Source: Chthonomonadales bacterium | GTDB taxonomy: Bacteria > Armatimonadota > Chthonomonadetes > Chthonomonadales > CAJBBX01 | Direction: 5' to 3' | NCBI GenBank assembly: GCA_037443035.1 | Contig: JBBIPC010000015.1 | Coordinates: forward strand, 1 to 64,000 | Length of the DNA: 64,000 nt | Shown here: piece after piece, positions 30,410 to 42,255 of the stretch | How positions within the stretch are numbered: position 1 is the stretch's first letter | How the letters are laid out: each line of letters starts with the position of its first letter | Program-made: the position numbers and the translations under genes | The notes under the pieces: model-generated | What the model was told of the DNA's origin: nothing | The model's input: only the letters and a program-made list of their open reading frames with translations | Databases searched by the model: none

Positions 30410-30613
30410 ATGAACAAGCAAGTGGGCTGGCCTGTGATCTTGCTATTGCTGGCGATCTTGGCGGCCGGCCTTTACGCCTACTACAGGTACGTGTTCAACG
30501 CGGCGCCAGCACCCATCAACGTTGCCGGCGAGATACCACCGAAGAAGCCCGGCGACGAGAAACCCGCACCACCGCCACCAGGTGTGCGTGTGCCGGGTAC
30601 GATCAACAGATAG
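30410..30613 (+). CDS. Small single-pass membrane protein, Pro-rich tail
   Basis: MNKQVGWPVILLLLAILAAGLYAYY then PPKKPG..PAPPPP; RBS GGAG. Confidence 0.75.
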   Translation: MNKQVGWPVILLLLAILAAGLYAYYRYVFNAAPAPINVAGEIPPKKPGDEKPAPPPPGVRVPGTINR

Positions 30614-30633
30614 TATCCTCGGGAGATGCTCGG

Positions 30634-30882
30634 ATGCAAAGCCTCCAGAACCAGAAGTTCCTCGTCATCATCATCGCCATAGTTGCTGTCGGCATTGCGG
30701 TTATCGTAGCCGCCAAGACGCTCAGCAATACCGGCAAGGTCGAGACAGCGGTAGCCCAGCAGGATATCCAGCGTGCGGTTCAGTCCGGCGTTAGCGGTCA
30801 GGGAGGTCAGGCTCCCGCGCTCGGTGGGAACGCCCCCAAGGGTGTCATCGGCCGACTGCCAGGGAACAAGGGGGCGCGCTAG
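30634..30882 (+). CDS. Small single-pass membrane protein, Gly-rich tail
   Basis: KFLVIIIAIVAVGIAVIVAAK helix; RBS GGGAG. Confidence 0.75.
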   Translation: MQSLQNQKFLVIIIAIVAVGIAVIVAAKTLSNTGKVETAVAQQDIQRAVQSGVSGQGGQAPALGGNAPKGVIGRLPGNKGAR

Positions 30883-30970
30883 GCGACCGTCGTCCGTAGC
30901 ATGTCGGCGGAAGAAGGGAGATGTCCTAGAAAGGGACGCACCGGCACAACATAGGGAAGGGACCCCGAGT

Positions 30971-31144
30971 ATGAAGCGTGAGATCGGAATGCCTGTGGTC
31001 ATCGTTGTTGTCGCCGTGGCACTGCTTGCTATCATCGTGGCTGGCTGGTTCTATCTCCGAGAGCGGAATCCCGCGCCACCCAAGTACAACCCTACCGGCC
31101 CAGCGCCGGAGAATACGCAGAAAATGGTGGAGCCGCAGGTCTAG
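30971..31144 (+). CDS. Small single-pass membrane protein, Pro-rich tail
   Basis: MKREIGMPVVIVVVAVALLAIIVAGWFY then NPAPPKYNPTGPAP; ATG 30971 after GGAAGGGA. Confidence 0.75.
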   Translation: MKREIGMPVVIVVVAVALLAIIVAGWFYLRERNPAPPKYNPTGPAPENTQKMVEPQV

Positions 31145-31267
31145 GGCACCTTGTTGTTGGCTCTTGGGAGGGCCCAGCTCGCGATGTCGTGCGCGACGAA
31201 GTGACGGCCTCTCGTCCTACAGCGGTAGTTCAGAGCGCATCGCAGCAAGCGAGTTGCCGAGAATCCG

Positions 31268-31296
31268 TTGACACTGGGTCTAGCCAGTGTTATACT
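31268..31296 (+). promoter_or_regulatory. Sigma70-type promoter TTGACA-17-TATACT with overlapping palindrome
   Basis: TTGACA ctgggtctagccagtgt TATACT; ACACTGG-N6-CCAGTGT at 31271-31290. Confidence 0.8.
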
Positions 31297-31369
31297 TTAG
31301 TCAGGCTCACTACCGGCGGCCGCCCACGTCGTCGAGGTGATCCAACTCAAGCGCAAGAGGAGGCAAGTA

Positions 31370-32245
31370 ATGAGGCAAGCTCGCAACACTGGCTTTACGC
31401 TGATCGAACTGCTGGTCGTCATCGCCATCATCGCGATCCTCGCAGCTATCTTGTTCCCAGTATTTGCGCAGGCCCGCGACAAGGCGCGACAGGCAAGCTG
31501 CTTGTCCAACACGAAGCAGCTTGGCACCGCCTTCATGATGTACATCCAGGACTTCGATGAGAAGTTCCCGCTGGGATTCGGTCTCAGCGCCAGCATCGGG
31601 TGGCTGTGGAACTACAACCATGCGGTTCCACCCGACTGGCGACCTCTGGCATCCAATGACCATCGCCTCCCAGCCTACCCCGTCCACTGGGCTAACTCCA
31701 CCCAGCCGTACACCAAGAACTACAAGATCGGTGCTTGTCCGACCGGTCCCGAGGTAAGGCTTGGGATTTCCGACTACGACACCCCGCTGAAGCCGTGGGA
31801 GAACAGCTCCTACACCTTCAACGGTCTGCTGATGCAGTATTCCCAGGCAGGTATCAAGACTCCGTCCAAGCTCCCGCTCCTTTGGGAGGGCCGTGGCAAG
31901 GCAGCCGTGGCCGGCTTCGCCCTGACCAACCCGGCGCTGCGGTGCGACAATAGCTTCGGCGACTGCTCGTACAAGCCCTGGTCGGACAGCTGTACATCAC
32001 GCTATGACGGCAGCTTCAGCGCCATGTTCGTTCTGTCCGGCACCATCTGGATCCACACAGGTGGAGCCAACTTCGTCATGGCGGACGGTTCTGCCAAGTG
32101 GCGCAGATTGGGCGCCGCGATCTCGCCCGCGAATACGGATTGGAACACCGATCCGTACACGGGCTACGACGCCGACGGCTTCCCCGGCTACTACTGGTGG
32201 GACGGCTGCCACGCGTGGCTCTTCCGACCGGATATCGAGTGGTAG
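31370..32245 (+). CDS. Prepilin-type DUF1559/H-X9-DG protein 2
   Basis: [32 protein letters not shown]-terminal [24 protein letters not shown]. Confidence 0.93.
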   Translation: MRQARNTGFTLIELLVVIAIIAILAAILFPVFAQARDKARQASCLSNTKQLGTAFMMYIQDFDEKFPLGFGLSASIGWLWNYNHAVPPDWRPLASNDHRLPAYPVHWANSTQPYTKNYKIGACPTGPEVRLGISDYDTPLKPWENSSYTFNGLLMQYSQAGIKTPSKLPLLWEGRGKAAVAGFALTNPALRCDNSFGDCSYKPWSDSCTSRYDGSFSAMFVLSGTIWIHTGGANFVMADGSAKWRRLGAAISPANTDWNTDPYTGYDADGFPGYYWWDGCHAWLFRPDIEW

Positions 32246-32278
32246 ACCCGCTGTAGTACGCTTCCTCCTAACGGGAAA

Positions 32279-32308
32279 GGGCCGCCCCGTCGGGGGGCGG
32301 CTCGTTTC
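32279..32308 (+). terminator. Probable intrinsic terminator after pilin 2
   Basis: GGGCCGCCCC-GTCGG-GGGGCGGCTC followed by GTTTC. Confidence 0.55.
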
Positions 32309-32358
32309 ATCCCGTCGTCTCTAACGGTCCGCTGGCAGCAACCATTTCCGTCATCCCC

Positions 32359-32387
32359 TTGCGCGCTGTGGGACGGAGTGCTATACT
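32359..32387 (+). promoter_or_regulatory. Sigma70-type promoter TTGCGC-17-TATACT (extended -10) for pilin 3
   Basis: TTGCGC gctgtgggacggagtgc TATACT, with TGc before the -10 box. Confidence 0.7.
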
Positions 32388-32461
32388 TGCAGCCGTTCCC
32401 TCCCCCAGCGTGCCAGGGACGGTCGGGCCGGGGGAACGGTGTTACACACTTGGAGGTACCA

Positions 32462-33334
32462 ATGAACCGCAAGACAACAGCCGCTTTTACGCTGATCGAA
32501 CTGCTGGTCGTCATCGCCATCATCGCGATCCTCGCGGCAATCCTGTTCCCGGTATTCGCCCAGGCTCGCGAGAAAGCTCGGGCATCCAGCTGCTTGAGCA
32601 ACTACAAGCAGACGTCGCTGGCCATCCTGCAGTACAGCCAGGACTATGACGAGAAATTCCCGCAAGCGAGCCCCTTCTATTCGGGGCGCTGGACCGGTTC
32701 GAACGGCCCCGTGTTCATCACCACGCCGCCGGACCTTCGTGGGTCCGCTCCGTATGCGGCGGTCCGATACCTGACGTGGACATACGCCACCGATCCGTAT
32801 CGGAAGAACTACCAGATTCTCGCCTGCCCCTCGTCGCAGGACTGGTTCATCTCGACCAGCGCGACGAATTACCCACCGCCGACCATCGCCCAGTCCATGA
32901 ACGGTCTGCTCCATTGCTACTCCCAGGCCGGGCTCAAGGCTCCCGCCTCCGTGATCTTAGCCTGGAACGGCTTCGAGAAGTCGTCTCCCGTGGGCTACAC
33001 GCACGCCAACCCGCTCATGAACTGCGCTGATCCCAACACGGAGTGCATGTACCAGCCACGCAACGATTCCGGCTGCGCCACCGGTAACGGTGCGACGAGC
33101 CTGCCAATCGTCTACTCCGGCCAGCCGAGCTACTCCGTATGGGTCCACACCAACGGTGACAACCGCATCTATGCCGACGGCCATGCCAAGTACGTCCCGC
33201 TCAATGGCGGCTGGCAGACCGACGCGTTCGCCTCGACGAGCTCCGTGGATGGATCCATTCTCCAGGGCGGTTACTACAGCTACTGGTACGACGGTTGCCA
33301 CGCCTGGCTCTTCCGCCCGGATTACGAGCCGTAA
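32462..33334 (+). CDS. Prepilin-type DUF1559/H-X9-DG protein 3
   Basis: [34 protein letters not shown]-terminal [22 protein letters not shown]. Confidence 0.93.
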   Translation: MNRKTTAAFTLIELLVVIAIIAILAAILFPVFAQAREKARASSCLSNYKQTSLAILQYSQDYDEKFPQASPFYSGRWTGSNGPVFITTPPDLRGSAPYAAVRYLTWTYATDPYRKNYQILACPSSQDWFISTSATNYPPPTIAQSMNGLLHCYSQAGLKAPASVILAWNGFEKSSPVGYTHANPLMNCADPNTECMYQPRNDSGCATGNGATSLPIVYSGQPSYSVWVHTNGDNRIYADGHAKYVPLNGGWQTDAFASTSSVDGSILQGGYYSYWYDGCHAWLFRPDYEP

Positions 33335-33346
33335 GAACCTGGTGAC

Positions 33347-33562
33347 ATGAGAACTTCACGAGTTCGGCATGGCTTCCGATTGACAGTCCTTCTCATGGCG
33401 CTGCTGGGTGCCCTGGCTACCGGCGGATGCCGCAAGAAGACTGTCGAAGAGAACCCCCCGCCCAAGCCTGATGCCGCGGGACGTATGCCCATGCAAGGGC
33501 AGGGGACCGTCGGCGCACCGGGCGGCGGCTCGGGACAGGCCATCCAGCCACAGACCGACTAG
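33347..33562 (+). CDS. Small lipoprotein with Pro/Gly-rich tail
   Basis: Basic N-terminus, hydrophobic core, LATGGC lipobox-like; starts 12 nt after the pilin 3 stop. Confidence 0.75.
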   Translation: MRTSRVRHGFRLTVLLMALLGALATGGCRKKTVEENPPPKPDAAGRMPMQGQGTVGAPGGGSGQAIQPQTD

Positions 33563-33597
33563 CTGATCCACCTGGACCCAGCAACTCGGACCGACGT

Positions 33598-33636
33598 AGG
33601 GAGGGAGGCACAACCTGTTGGGTGGCCTCCCTCCCT
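33598..33636. terminator. 12-bp stem hairpin between convergent genes
   Basis: AGGGAGGGAGGC...GCCTCCCTCCCT. Confidence 0.6.
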
Positions 33637-33734
33637 TCACACACCTGGGAGAATGCGCCAAGGTCTGCGAGGCTCCGGTGACGGAGGAATATCACTGCAA
33701 CCCGAACCTTGGACAGTCTCCGGACGCTTGCGCC

Positions 33735-34316
33735 TTAGGACCTATTCCTGCTGCTGCGGCCGAACCGCCTTCTGTCCAGCCTTCGCCTGACGCGCAGGAC
33801 TTCGTCGCACGCAGGCGAACCACACGTCTCGCGCTCATAGTCGTCCCACAGCGGCGCTGCACAGACCTCGCAGCGAGCACCGCTCCGGTAGCCTCCGGGA
33901 GGATCGGCCGGAGGATGGTAGATGCTCCGCGCACTGAACGCGCCGAACGTAACCGGCCCCTCCTCCCAACAGCGAATCAGTGCCGCCTTGAGAATCCTGG
34001 CTGCAGTGGCGGGCGATACGCCCAACTCCGCTGCCATGGACCGGACCGTAACGCCCGCCACCCACAACTCGAAGGCGCGGCGCATGGTGTCGGTCAGAGG
34101 AGTGTTGCGGCTGAGAAAAAGGAGGTCCTCGATGGCCGACTGTGTTGCGGGCAGCTCCGGAAGGTCGAGGCCGAACGGAACCTCCTTGGAAGTCTTGCGT
34201 GCCAGTTGCACTTCCCTCAGTGGCAACGGGCCATCGCCGTGTACAGCCTTGCGCAGGAGTTCGTCGGCACCCATCTCCTGAGCACGACGCGAGGGGTGAG
34301 ACTTGCGACGAGGCAT
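33735..34316 (-). CDS. Hypothetical protein with sigma-region-4/LuxR-like HTH and C-terminal Cys4 zinc finger
   Basis: LTDTMRRAFELWVAGVTVRSMAAELGVSPATAARILKAA; CEVC-x12-CGSPAC; ATG 34316 after GGAG. Confidence 0.7.
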   Translation of the reverse strand: MPRRKSHPSRRAQEMGADELLRKAVHGDGPLPLREVQLARKTSKEVPFGLDLPELPATQSAIEDLLFLSRNTPLTDTMRRAFELWVAGVTVRSMAAELGVSPATAARILKAALIRCWEEGPVTFGAFSARSIYHPPADPPGGYRSGARCEVCAAPLWDDYERETCGSPACDEVLRVRRRLDRRRFGRSSRNRS

Positions 34317-34626
34317 AGCTACATCTCCACTTGGACGCCTAAGCACGCCAGGAAACCGCTGGGGACCTGGCAGACTGCAGGACGAGTAATCAACAGACAT
34401 ATGTATACTCGTCAGCACCACTGCCATCAGGAAAGATGAGCAGACGTATTTCTACATATAGCTCCTGCGGGATAACGACCTGCGAGTCACTCGGCCTGCC
34501 ATTGCCGAACCCACCTGCGGGGGCTCCTTCGCTGTCTCGCAGGCCCGGCGTGCATCCTTCCACCTCGACCATGCACGGTCAAGATGGGAAGCGTGCCCGG
34601 GTGACGGCGCAGCCGGCGTCGGCGAC

Positions 34627-36120
34627 TTACGGACGTGCGATGGCGAACTCGGCGGCCGCGAAGCTCAACGGAGGCGCGTTCACTGTGGCGGTACCATCCT
34701 CGTTCACCGACCCCGTGCCCTGTGACGGAACGATCGTGTAGGGGCGTTCCCAGGTGTTGGCCGCCTTGGGACCGGGACCCGTCAGGAGATCGACTCTCTT
34801 GACCGACTGAACTCGGGCGTCCGCGATTCGTACCGTCAGTGTGGCTGCGTCCGTCTGGCTGCGGTTCACGGAGAAAACCGCGAGACTTCCATTGTCGGCA
34901 AGGCTCGCCGAGACGTCCAACACCGGCACCTCACCACGCTCACCGGCCACGTACGTCGGGCAAACGACGACTGGGACGAGCGATCGCCCTTGCGTTAGCT
35001 CCGACATGATTGCAAACGGGTAGTAGATACTCTGAACCAGGAGGCCGTCCTTCCTCGTGAGCAAGGGGGCAATGATGTTGACGATCTGCGCAATGCAGGC
35101 GATCTTGACGATGTCGGCGCGCCGGATGAAGGCATTGAGGTACTGTGCGCAGACCAGTGCATCCTCCAGGTTGTAGATCTCTTCGATGAGATGGGGAGCC
35201 CGCGTCCACTTGCCGTCCATCTCGTTGGCCTTGTACCAGACGTTCCACTCATCGAAGGAGAGGTACACATGCTTGTCGGAGCGCTTGCGCCCCCGCACAT
35301 AGGCGAACAGACCGGCGTAGTCCTCCAGGATCCGGTCAATCTCGACGCCCTCTGCGAGGAACCACCCCGTGTCCCCCCGACGGTTTTCGCTATAGCGATG
35401 AGCAGAGACGTAGTGCACCTGATCCCAGCAGTACTCCAGAACTTGCCGATCCCATTCGAGATAGGTTGGCATCCCCCGCCCCGAGGAACCGCATAGGACT
35501 AGCTCGATACTCGGGTCGAGACCTCGCATGAGTTTCGCAGCTTGATCCGCACGCCGGGCGTACTCGTCGGCTGGCACATGCCCTGCCTGCCATGGACCGT
35601 CCATCTCGTTCCCCAGGCACCACACCTTGACGCCGTAGGGCTCTCTGTGGCCGTTCTCCACGCGTCGGTCGGCCCAGTACGTGCCGGGTGGCATGTTGCA
35701 GTACTCCACCAACGCCTGAGCTGCCTCGGCTCCCCTGGTACCCAAGTTCACAGCCAGCATAGGAGACGTGCCGGCTTTGCAGCACCAGGCCATGAACTCG
35801 TCCGTGCCGAAGAGATTCGGCTCCAGCGACTTCCACGCGAAGTCGGGTCGCACCGGCCGCCGGTCACGCGGCCCTATGCCGTCTGTCCAATCGTACGTAC
35901 TGACGAAGTTGCCGCCCGGATAGCGCATGAGGGGCATACGGAGGTTCCGAATGGCCTCCAGCACATCCGTGCGGAAGCCGTCTCCGTCGGCCAACGGGCT
36001 GTCCGGGTCGTAGACTCCCTCGTAGACGGCTCGTCCCATGTGCTCGAGGAAGCCGCTGAAGATACGGCGGTCTATATCGCCGCGGTGAAACTGGGTGTCC
36101 AGAGTGAGGGTTGCGCGCAT
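34627..36120 (-). CDS. Alpha-L-arabinofuranosidase (GH51)
   Basis: FSGFLEHMGRAVYEG, RYPGGNFVS, WCLGNEMDGPWQ, SFDEWNVWY, AQIVNII. Confidence 0.95.
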   Translation of the reverse strand: MRATLTLDTQFHRGDIDRRIFSGFLEHMGRAVYEGVYDPDSPLADGDGFRTDVLEAIRNLRMPLMRYPGGNFVSTYDWTDGIGPRDRRPVRPDFAWKSLEPNLFGTDEFMAWCCKAGTSPMLAVNLGTRGAEAAQALVEYCNMPPGTYWADRRVENGHREPYGVKVWCLGNEMDGPWQAGHVPADEYARRADQAAKLMRGLDPSIELVLCGSSGRGMPTYLEWDRQVLEYCWDQVHYVSAHRYSENRRGDTGWFLAEGVEIDRILEDYAGLFAYVRGRKRSDKHVYLSFDEWNVWYKANEMDGKWTRAPHLIEEIYNLEDALVCAQYLNAFIRRADIVKIACIAQIVNIIAPLLTRKDGLLVQSIYYPFAIMSELTQGRSLVPVVVCPTYVAGERGEVPVLDVSASLADNGSLAVFSVNRSQTDAATLTVRIADARVQSVKRVDLLTGPGPKAANTWERPYTIVPSQGTGSVNEDGTATVNAPPLSFAAAEFAIARP

Positions 36121-36211
36121 GTTGGCTCCTTGTGCAGAGGGGCATCGTGCTTCACGGGTAAGCATACCCGCAACGCATGCTCCCTCTCGTAGCCCCAGAG
36201 GAGCCGCGAAC

Positions 36212-39066
<2,855 letters not shown>

Positions 39067-39070
<4 letters not shown>

Positions 39071-40161
39071 TGCCAGGATTACCCCTGCCCGATCCTGCGG
39101 GGCTGCCAGCACCCATCTGGTTGCTCAAGTTTCTCTCCGTCTTCACGCTGACGCTGCACTTGCTGGCCATGAACTTGCTCGTTGGTGGCACGATCCTCAT
39201 GGCCATCAGTCTCCATCGTGGCAAGACCGACCCGGTCTCGCAACGGCTCTTCGAGCGGCTTGCGCGTGGTCTTCCGGTAACGATGTCGCTGACGATCACT
39301 CTTGGAGTGGCTCCGCTGCTCTTCGTACAGCTCATCTATGGCCAGGCGTTCTACACCTCGTCAGTGCTGATGGCGTGGCCGTGGCTGATGGTTATCCCAC
39401 TCGTCATGCTCGCCTACTACGGCCTCTATGCATGTCAGTTTCGGCCGGCTTGGCTTGGCAAGTATCTCCATGCCATTGCCTGGTTGAGTGCCCTTTTGAT
39501 CCTGGTGGTCGGCTTCCTTTTCTCCAACAACTGGACGCTCATGCTGGCGCCCCGGACCTGGCACGCGCTCTACAACGCCGGCATCAGCGGGCTCCATCTC
39601 AACGCCGGCGATTCCTCCCTCATCCCGCGATACCTCCACTTCATGATCGGGGGCTTGGCTGTGGCGGGTCTCGGCGTCCTCTTGCTCGGGAGAGCTGTCA
39701 GGAAGGAGGACGCCGAAATGGCCGAGCGGATGGAACAGATCGGGCGGCGCTGGTTCCTCATGGCAACCGGTATTCAGGTCATCGTCGGCTTCTGGTTCCT
39801 GTTCGCCCTGCCCCAGATGGTGCGCCGATTCTTCATTGGCGGCAACATGGTGGACAGCGGCGTGCTTGCGGCGGGGATCCTCCTGGCGTTCGTCGCCATG
39901 GCAATCGTGCGGCGCGCACCCGGCGTCGCAGCGTTGCTGACAGGTTCGACGGTGTTCCTCATGGTCGTGGCTCGCCACAGGTTGCGCCAAATCCTGCTGA
40001 CGCCAGCGTTGAAGATCAATGAGCAGGTAGTCCATCCTCAGTGGGCGCTGCTGGTGCTCTTTGTCGTGCTCCTCCTAGCCGGTCTGGCTGTGGTGGCGTG
40101 GATGGTGTTCGCGTTCGTCCGCGCTGGGCGTGTACGGCCGGACGCGCCCCAGGGCGGTTAG
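39067..40161 (+). CDS. Polytopic membrane partner of the bd-like subunit
   Basis: About 10 hydrophobic segments; LHLLAMNLLVGG, GVAPLLFVQ, PRYLHF; overlaps the upstream stop. Confidence 0.8.
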
Positions 40162-40173
40162 GTGCAGCACTGC

Positions 40174-41034
40174 ATGGCGCAAGTCGCCGCCGTCCTTCCG
40201 GCGGCAGGGCTGGGGACACGCCTTCGCCCCTTGACCCAGCACATACCGAAGGAGCTGCTGCCGGTGGGACGCCTGCCTGTGATCGGCCACGTTCTCCGCG
40301 AGCTGCGGGAGGTTGGTGTCGAAGCCGGCACGATCGTCATCTCTCCAAGCAAGACCTCTATCCGGGATTATTGCGGAGACGGCAGCACCTTCGGTCTCCA
40401 GTGCACTTATGTCGTGCAAGAAGTCATGCGGGGCGTGGGTGATGCAGTGCTCTGCGCCGTTACGTCCGGTGTATCCGCGCCCGTGCTCGTGGCCTTTGCC
40501 GATTGCGCCATCCTTCCCCGAAGGGGTTCTGAAGCTACGTCCGGCACGAAGCGCTTGGTAGAAGCATTTCACGAGCATGGCGCCGAAGCTGCAGTTCTTT
40601 GCGAAGAGGTTCCCAGGGAACGGACGCGCCATTACGGTGTGCTCGCACCTGCGCCTGGATCGGATCCTTCTCGTGGAATGCCCTTCGAGCTCGCTGGTAT
40701 CGTCGAGAAACCAGACCCGGCGACGGCTCCAAGCTGCTTCGTCGTGGCTGCTCGTTGGATTCTGGGCGGAGCGGCCATCGAAGCCATCCGGCGGCAAGCG
40801 CCTGGTCCGAACGGCGAAGTTGGCATTACCGAAGCGATAGCCGCTCTCATTCGCGCAGGAGGAAAGGTGGTTGCCGTCCCGCTGGGTGCCGACGAGAGAA
40901 GGTGCGACGTTGGCAACATCCGCTCTTATCTGTCTGCCCAGGCATTCGCCGCCCTTCACGATCCTGAATACGGTGGCGAGGTGGCCACATGGCTCGAGAC
41001 GGAGCTACGGCTTGGACGACGAGGCGGAGTATAA
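40174..41034 (+). CDS. Sugar-phosphate nucleotidyltransferase (GalU-like)
   Basis: AVLPAAGLGTRLRPLT..PKELLPV, GVGDAV, IVEKP, GEVGITEAI, DVG. Confidence 0.88.
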   Translation: MAQVAAVLPAAGLGTRLRPLTQHIPKELLPVGRLPVIGHVLRELREVGVEAGTIVISPSKTSIRDYCGDGSTFGLQCTYVVQEVMRGVGDAVLCAVTSGVSAPVLVAFADCAILPRRGSEATSGTKRLVEAFHEHGAEAAVLCEEVPRERTRHYGVLAPAPGSDPSRGMPFELAGIVEKPDPATAPSCFVVAARWILGGAAIEAIRRQAPGPNGEVGITEAIAALIRAGGKVVAVPLGADERRCDVGNIRSYLSAQAFAALHDPEYGGEVATWLETELRLGRRGGV

Positions 41035-41099
41035 TGCACTATGGTCCGATGCAGGGATCTCTCGTCGGGCCTCAGGAAGATTATGATCGGAGCCCGCAC

Positions 41100-42206
41100 T
41101 TGACCGTACCTCTGGCCGACCTTGTCACGCAGTACCACTCGATTCGCGAAGAGGTTGACGCCGCACTTCAGGAAGTACTCGAGAGCGGGCATTTCATCCT
41201 TGGCAGCACTGTCGAAGCGCTGGAGAAGCAAGTAGCTGAACTATGCGGAGCCGCATATGCGGTGGGAGTGAACTCAGGGACAGACGCACTTCTCCTGGGA
41301 TTGGCTGCCCTGGGTATCGGCCAGGATGACGAGGTCATTACCACACCGTTCACCTTCGTTGCTACTATCGAAGCCATCACCCACCTCGGCGCGAGGCCCG
41401 TCTTCGCCGATATTGACGCGGCCACGTTCAACCTGGACCCCTCGTCGGTGCGCCGTAAGATCACGTCGAAGACGCGTGCCATTCTTCCGGTGGACCTGTT
41501 CGGGCAGCCAGCCGACCGGTCGGCATTCGAAGCCTTGGCTGCAGAGTATGGGCTCGCTCTATTGTACGACTCGGCCCAGGCAATCGCCGCACGTTTCGAC
41601 AACCGACCACTGGGAGCGTTCGGCGATGCGCTTACGTTGTCTTTCTTTCCGACGAAGAACCTCGGCGCCTATGGCGATGGCGGCATGGTGTTGACGAACC
41701 GGCCGGATGTTCATCAGAAACTGCGGAAGCTGCGTTTCCACGGCAGCGGCGGTGGCTACGAATACGAGTACGTGGGCTACTGCAGTAGGCTGGACGCCCT
41801 GCAAGCGGCGGTCTTGCTGGTAAAGCTTAGGCATCTGGAGACATGGACGGAATGTCGGCGAGAGCATGCTATGCGGTACGCTGCTTGTCTCGCAGACACC
41901 GATTGCGTCCTTCCCGATTGCGATCCGCGGGCATTTCATGTGTACCATCAGTTCACGATCCGGCATCCGCTCAGGGATCAGTTGCGTGCGTTTCTGGCTG
42001 CGCGCGGGATCCAGACCGGCGTCTATTACCCATCGCCGTTGCACCTCCAGAAGGCGTATGCCATTCTCGGTCACAAGCCGGGTGATTTCCCAGAAGCCGA
42101 GCGTGCGTCCAGGGAAGTGCTCTCGCTACCTGTTCATCCCGAGTTGACCGCGGAACAGCAGGAGTATGTCTGCCGTACGATAGTCGAGTTTCATTCCAGA
42201 AGCTGA
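41100..42206 (+). CDS. DegT/DnrJ/EryC1/StrS aminotransferase
   Basis: VNSGTDAL, DSAQA, SFFPTKNLGAYGDGG, SRLDALQAA, LSLPVHP; TTG start after GGAG. Confidence 0.92.
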   Translation: MTVPLADLVTQYHSIREEVDAALQEVLESGHFILGSTVEALEKQVAELCGAAYAVGVNSGTDALLLGLAALGIGQDDEVITTPFTFVATIEAITHLGARPVFADIDAATFNLDPSSVRRKITSKTRAILPVDLFGQPADRSAFEALAAEYGLALLYDSAQAIAARFDNRPLGAFGDALTLSFFPTKNLGAYGDGGMVLTNRPDVHQKLRKLRFHGSGGGYEYEYVGYCSRLDALQAAVLLVKLRHLETWTECRREHAMRYAACLADTDCVLPDCDPRAFHVYHQFTIRHPLRDQLRAFLAARGIQTGVYYPSPLHLQKAYAILGHKPGDFPEAERASREVLSLPVHPELTAEQQEYVCRTIVEFHSRS

Positions 42207-42255
42207 CGCTGTAACGAGCCTGGCGACTTTCCTTTCTGTTGGAGAACGACAGCCT

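Noticed and set aside
29463..33334. Diversity-generating retroelement acting on the pilins
   Set aside because: No reverse transcriptase and no template/variable pair differing only at adenines.
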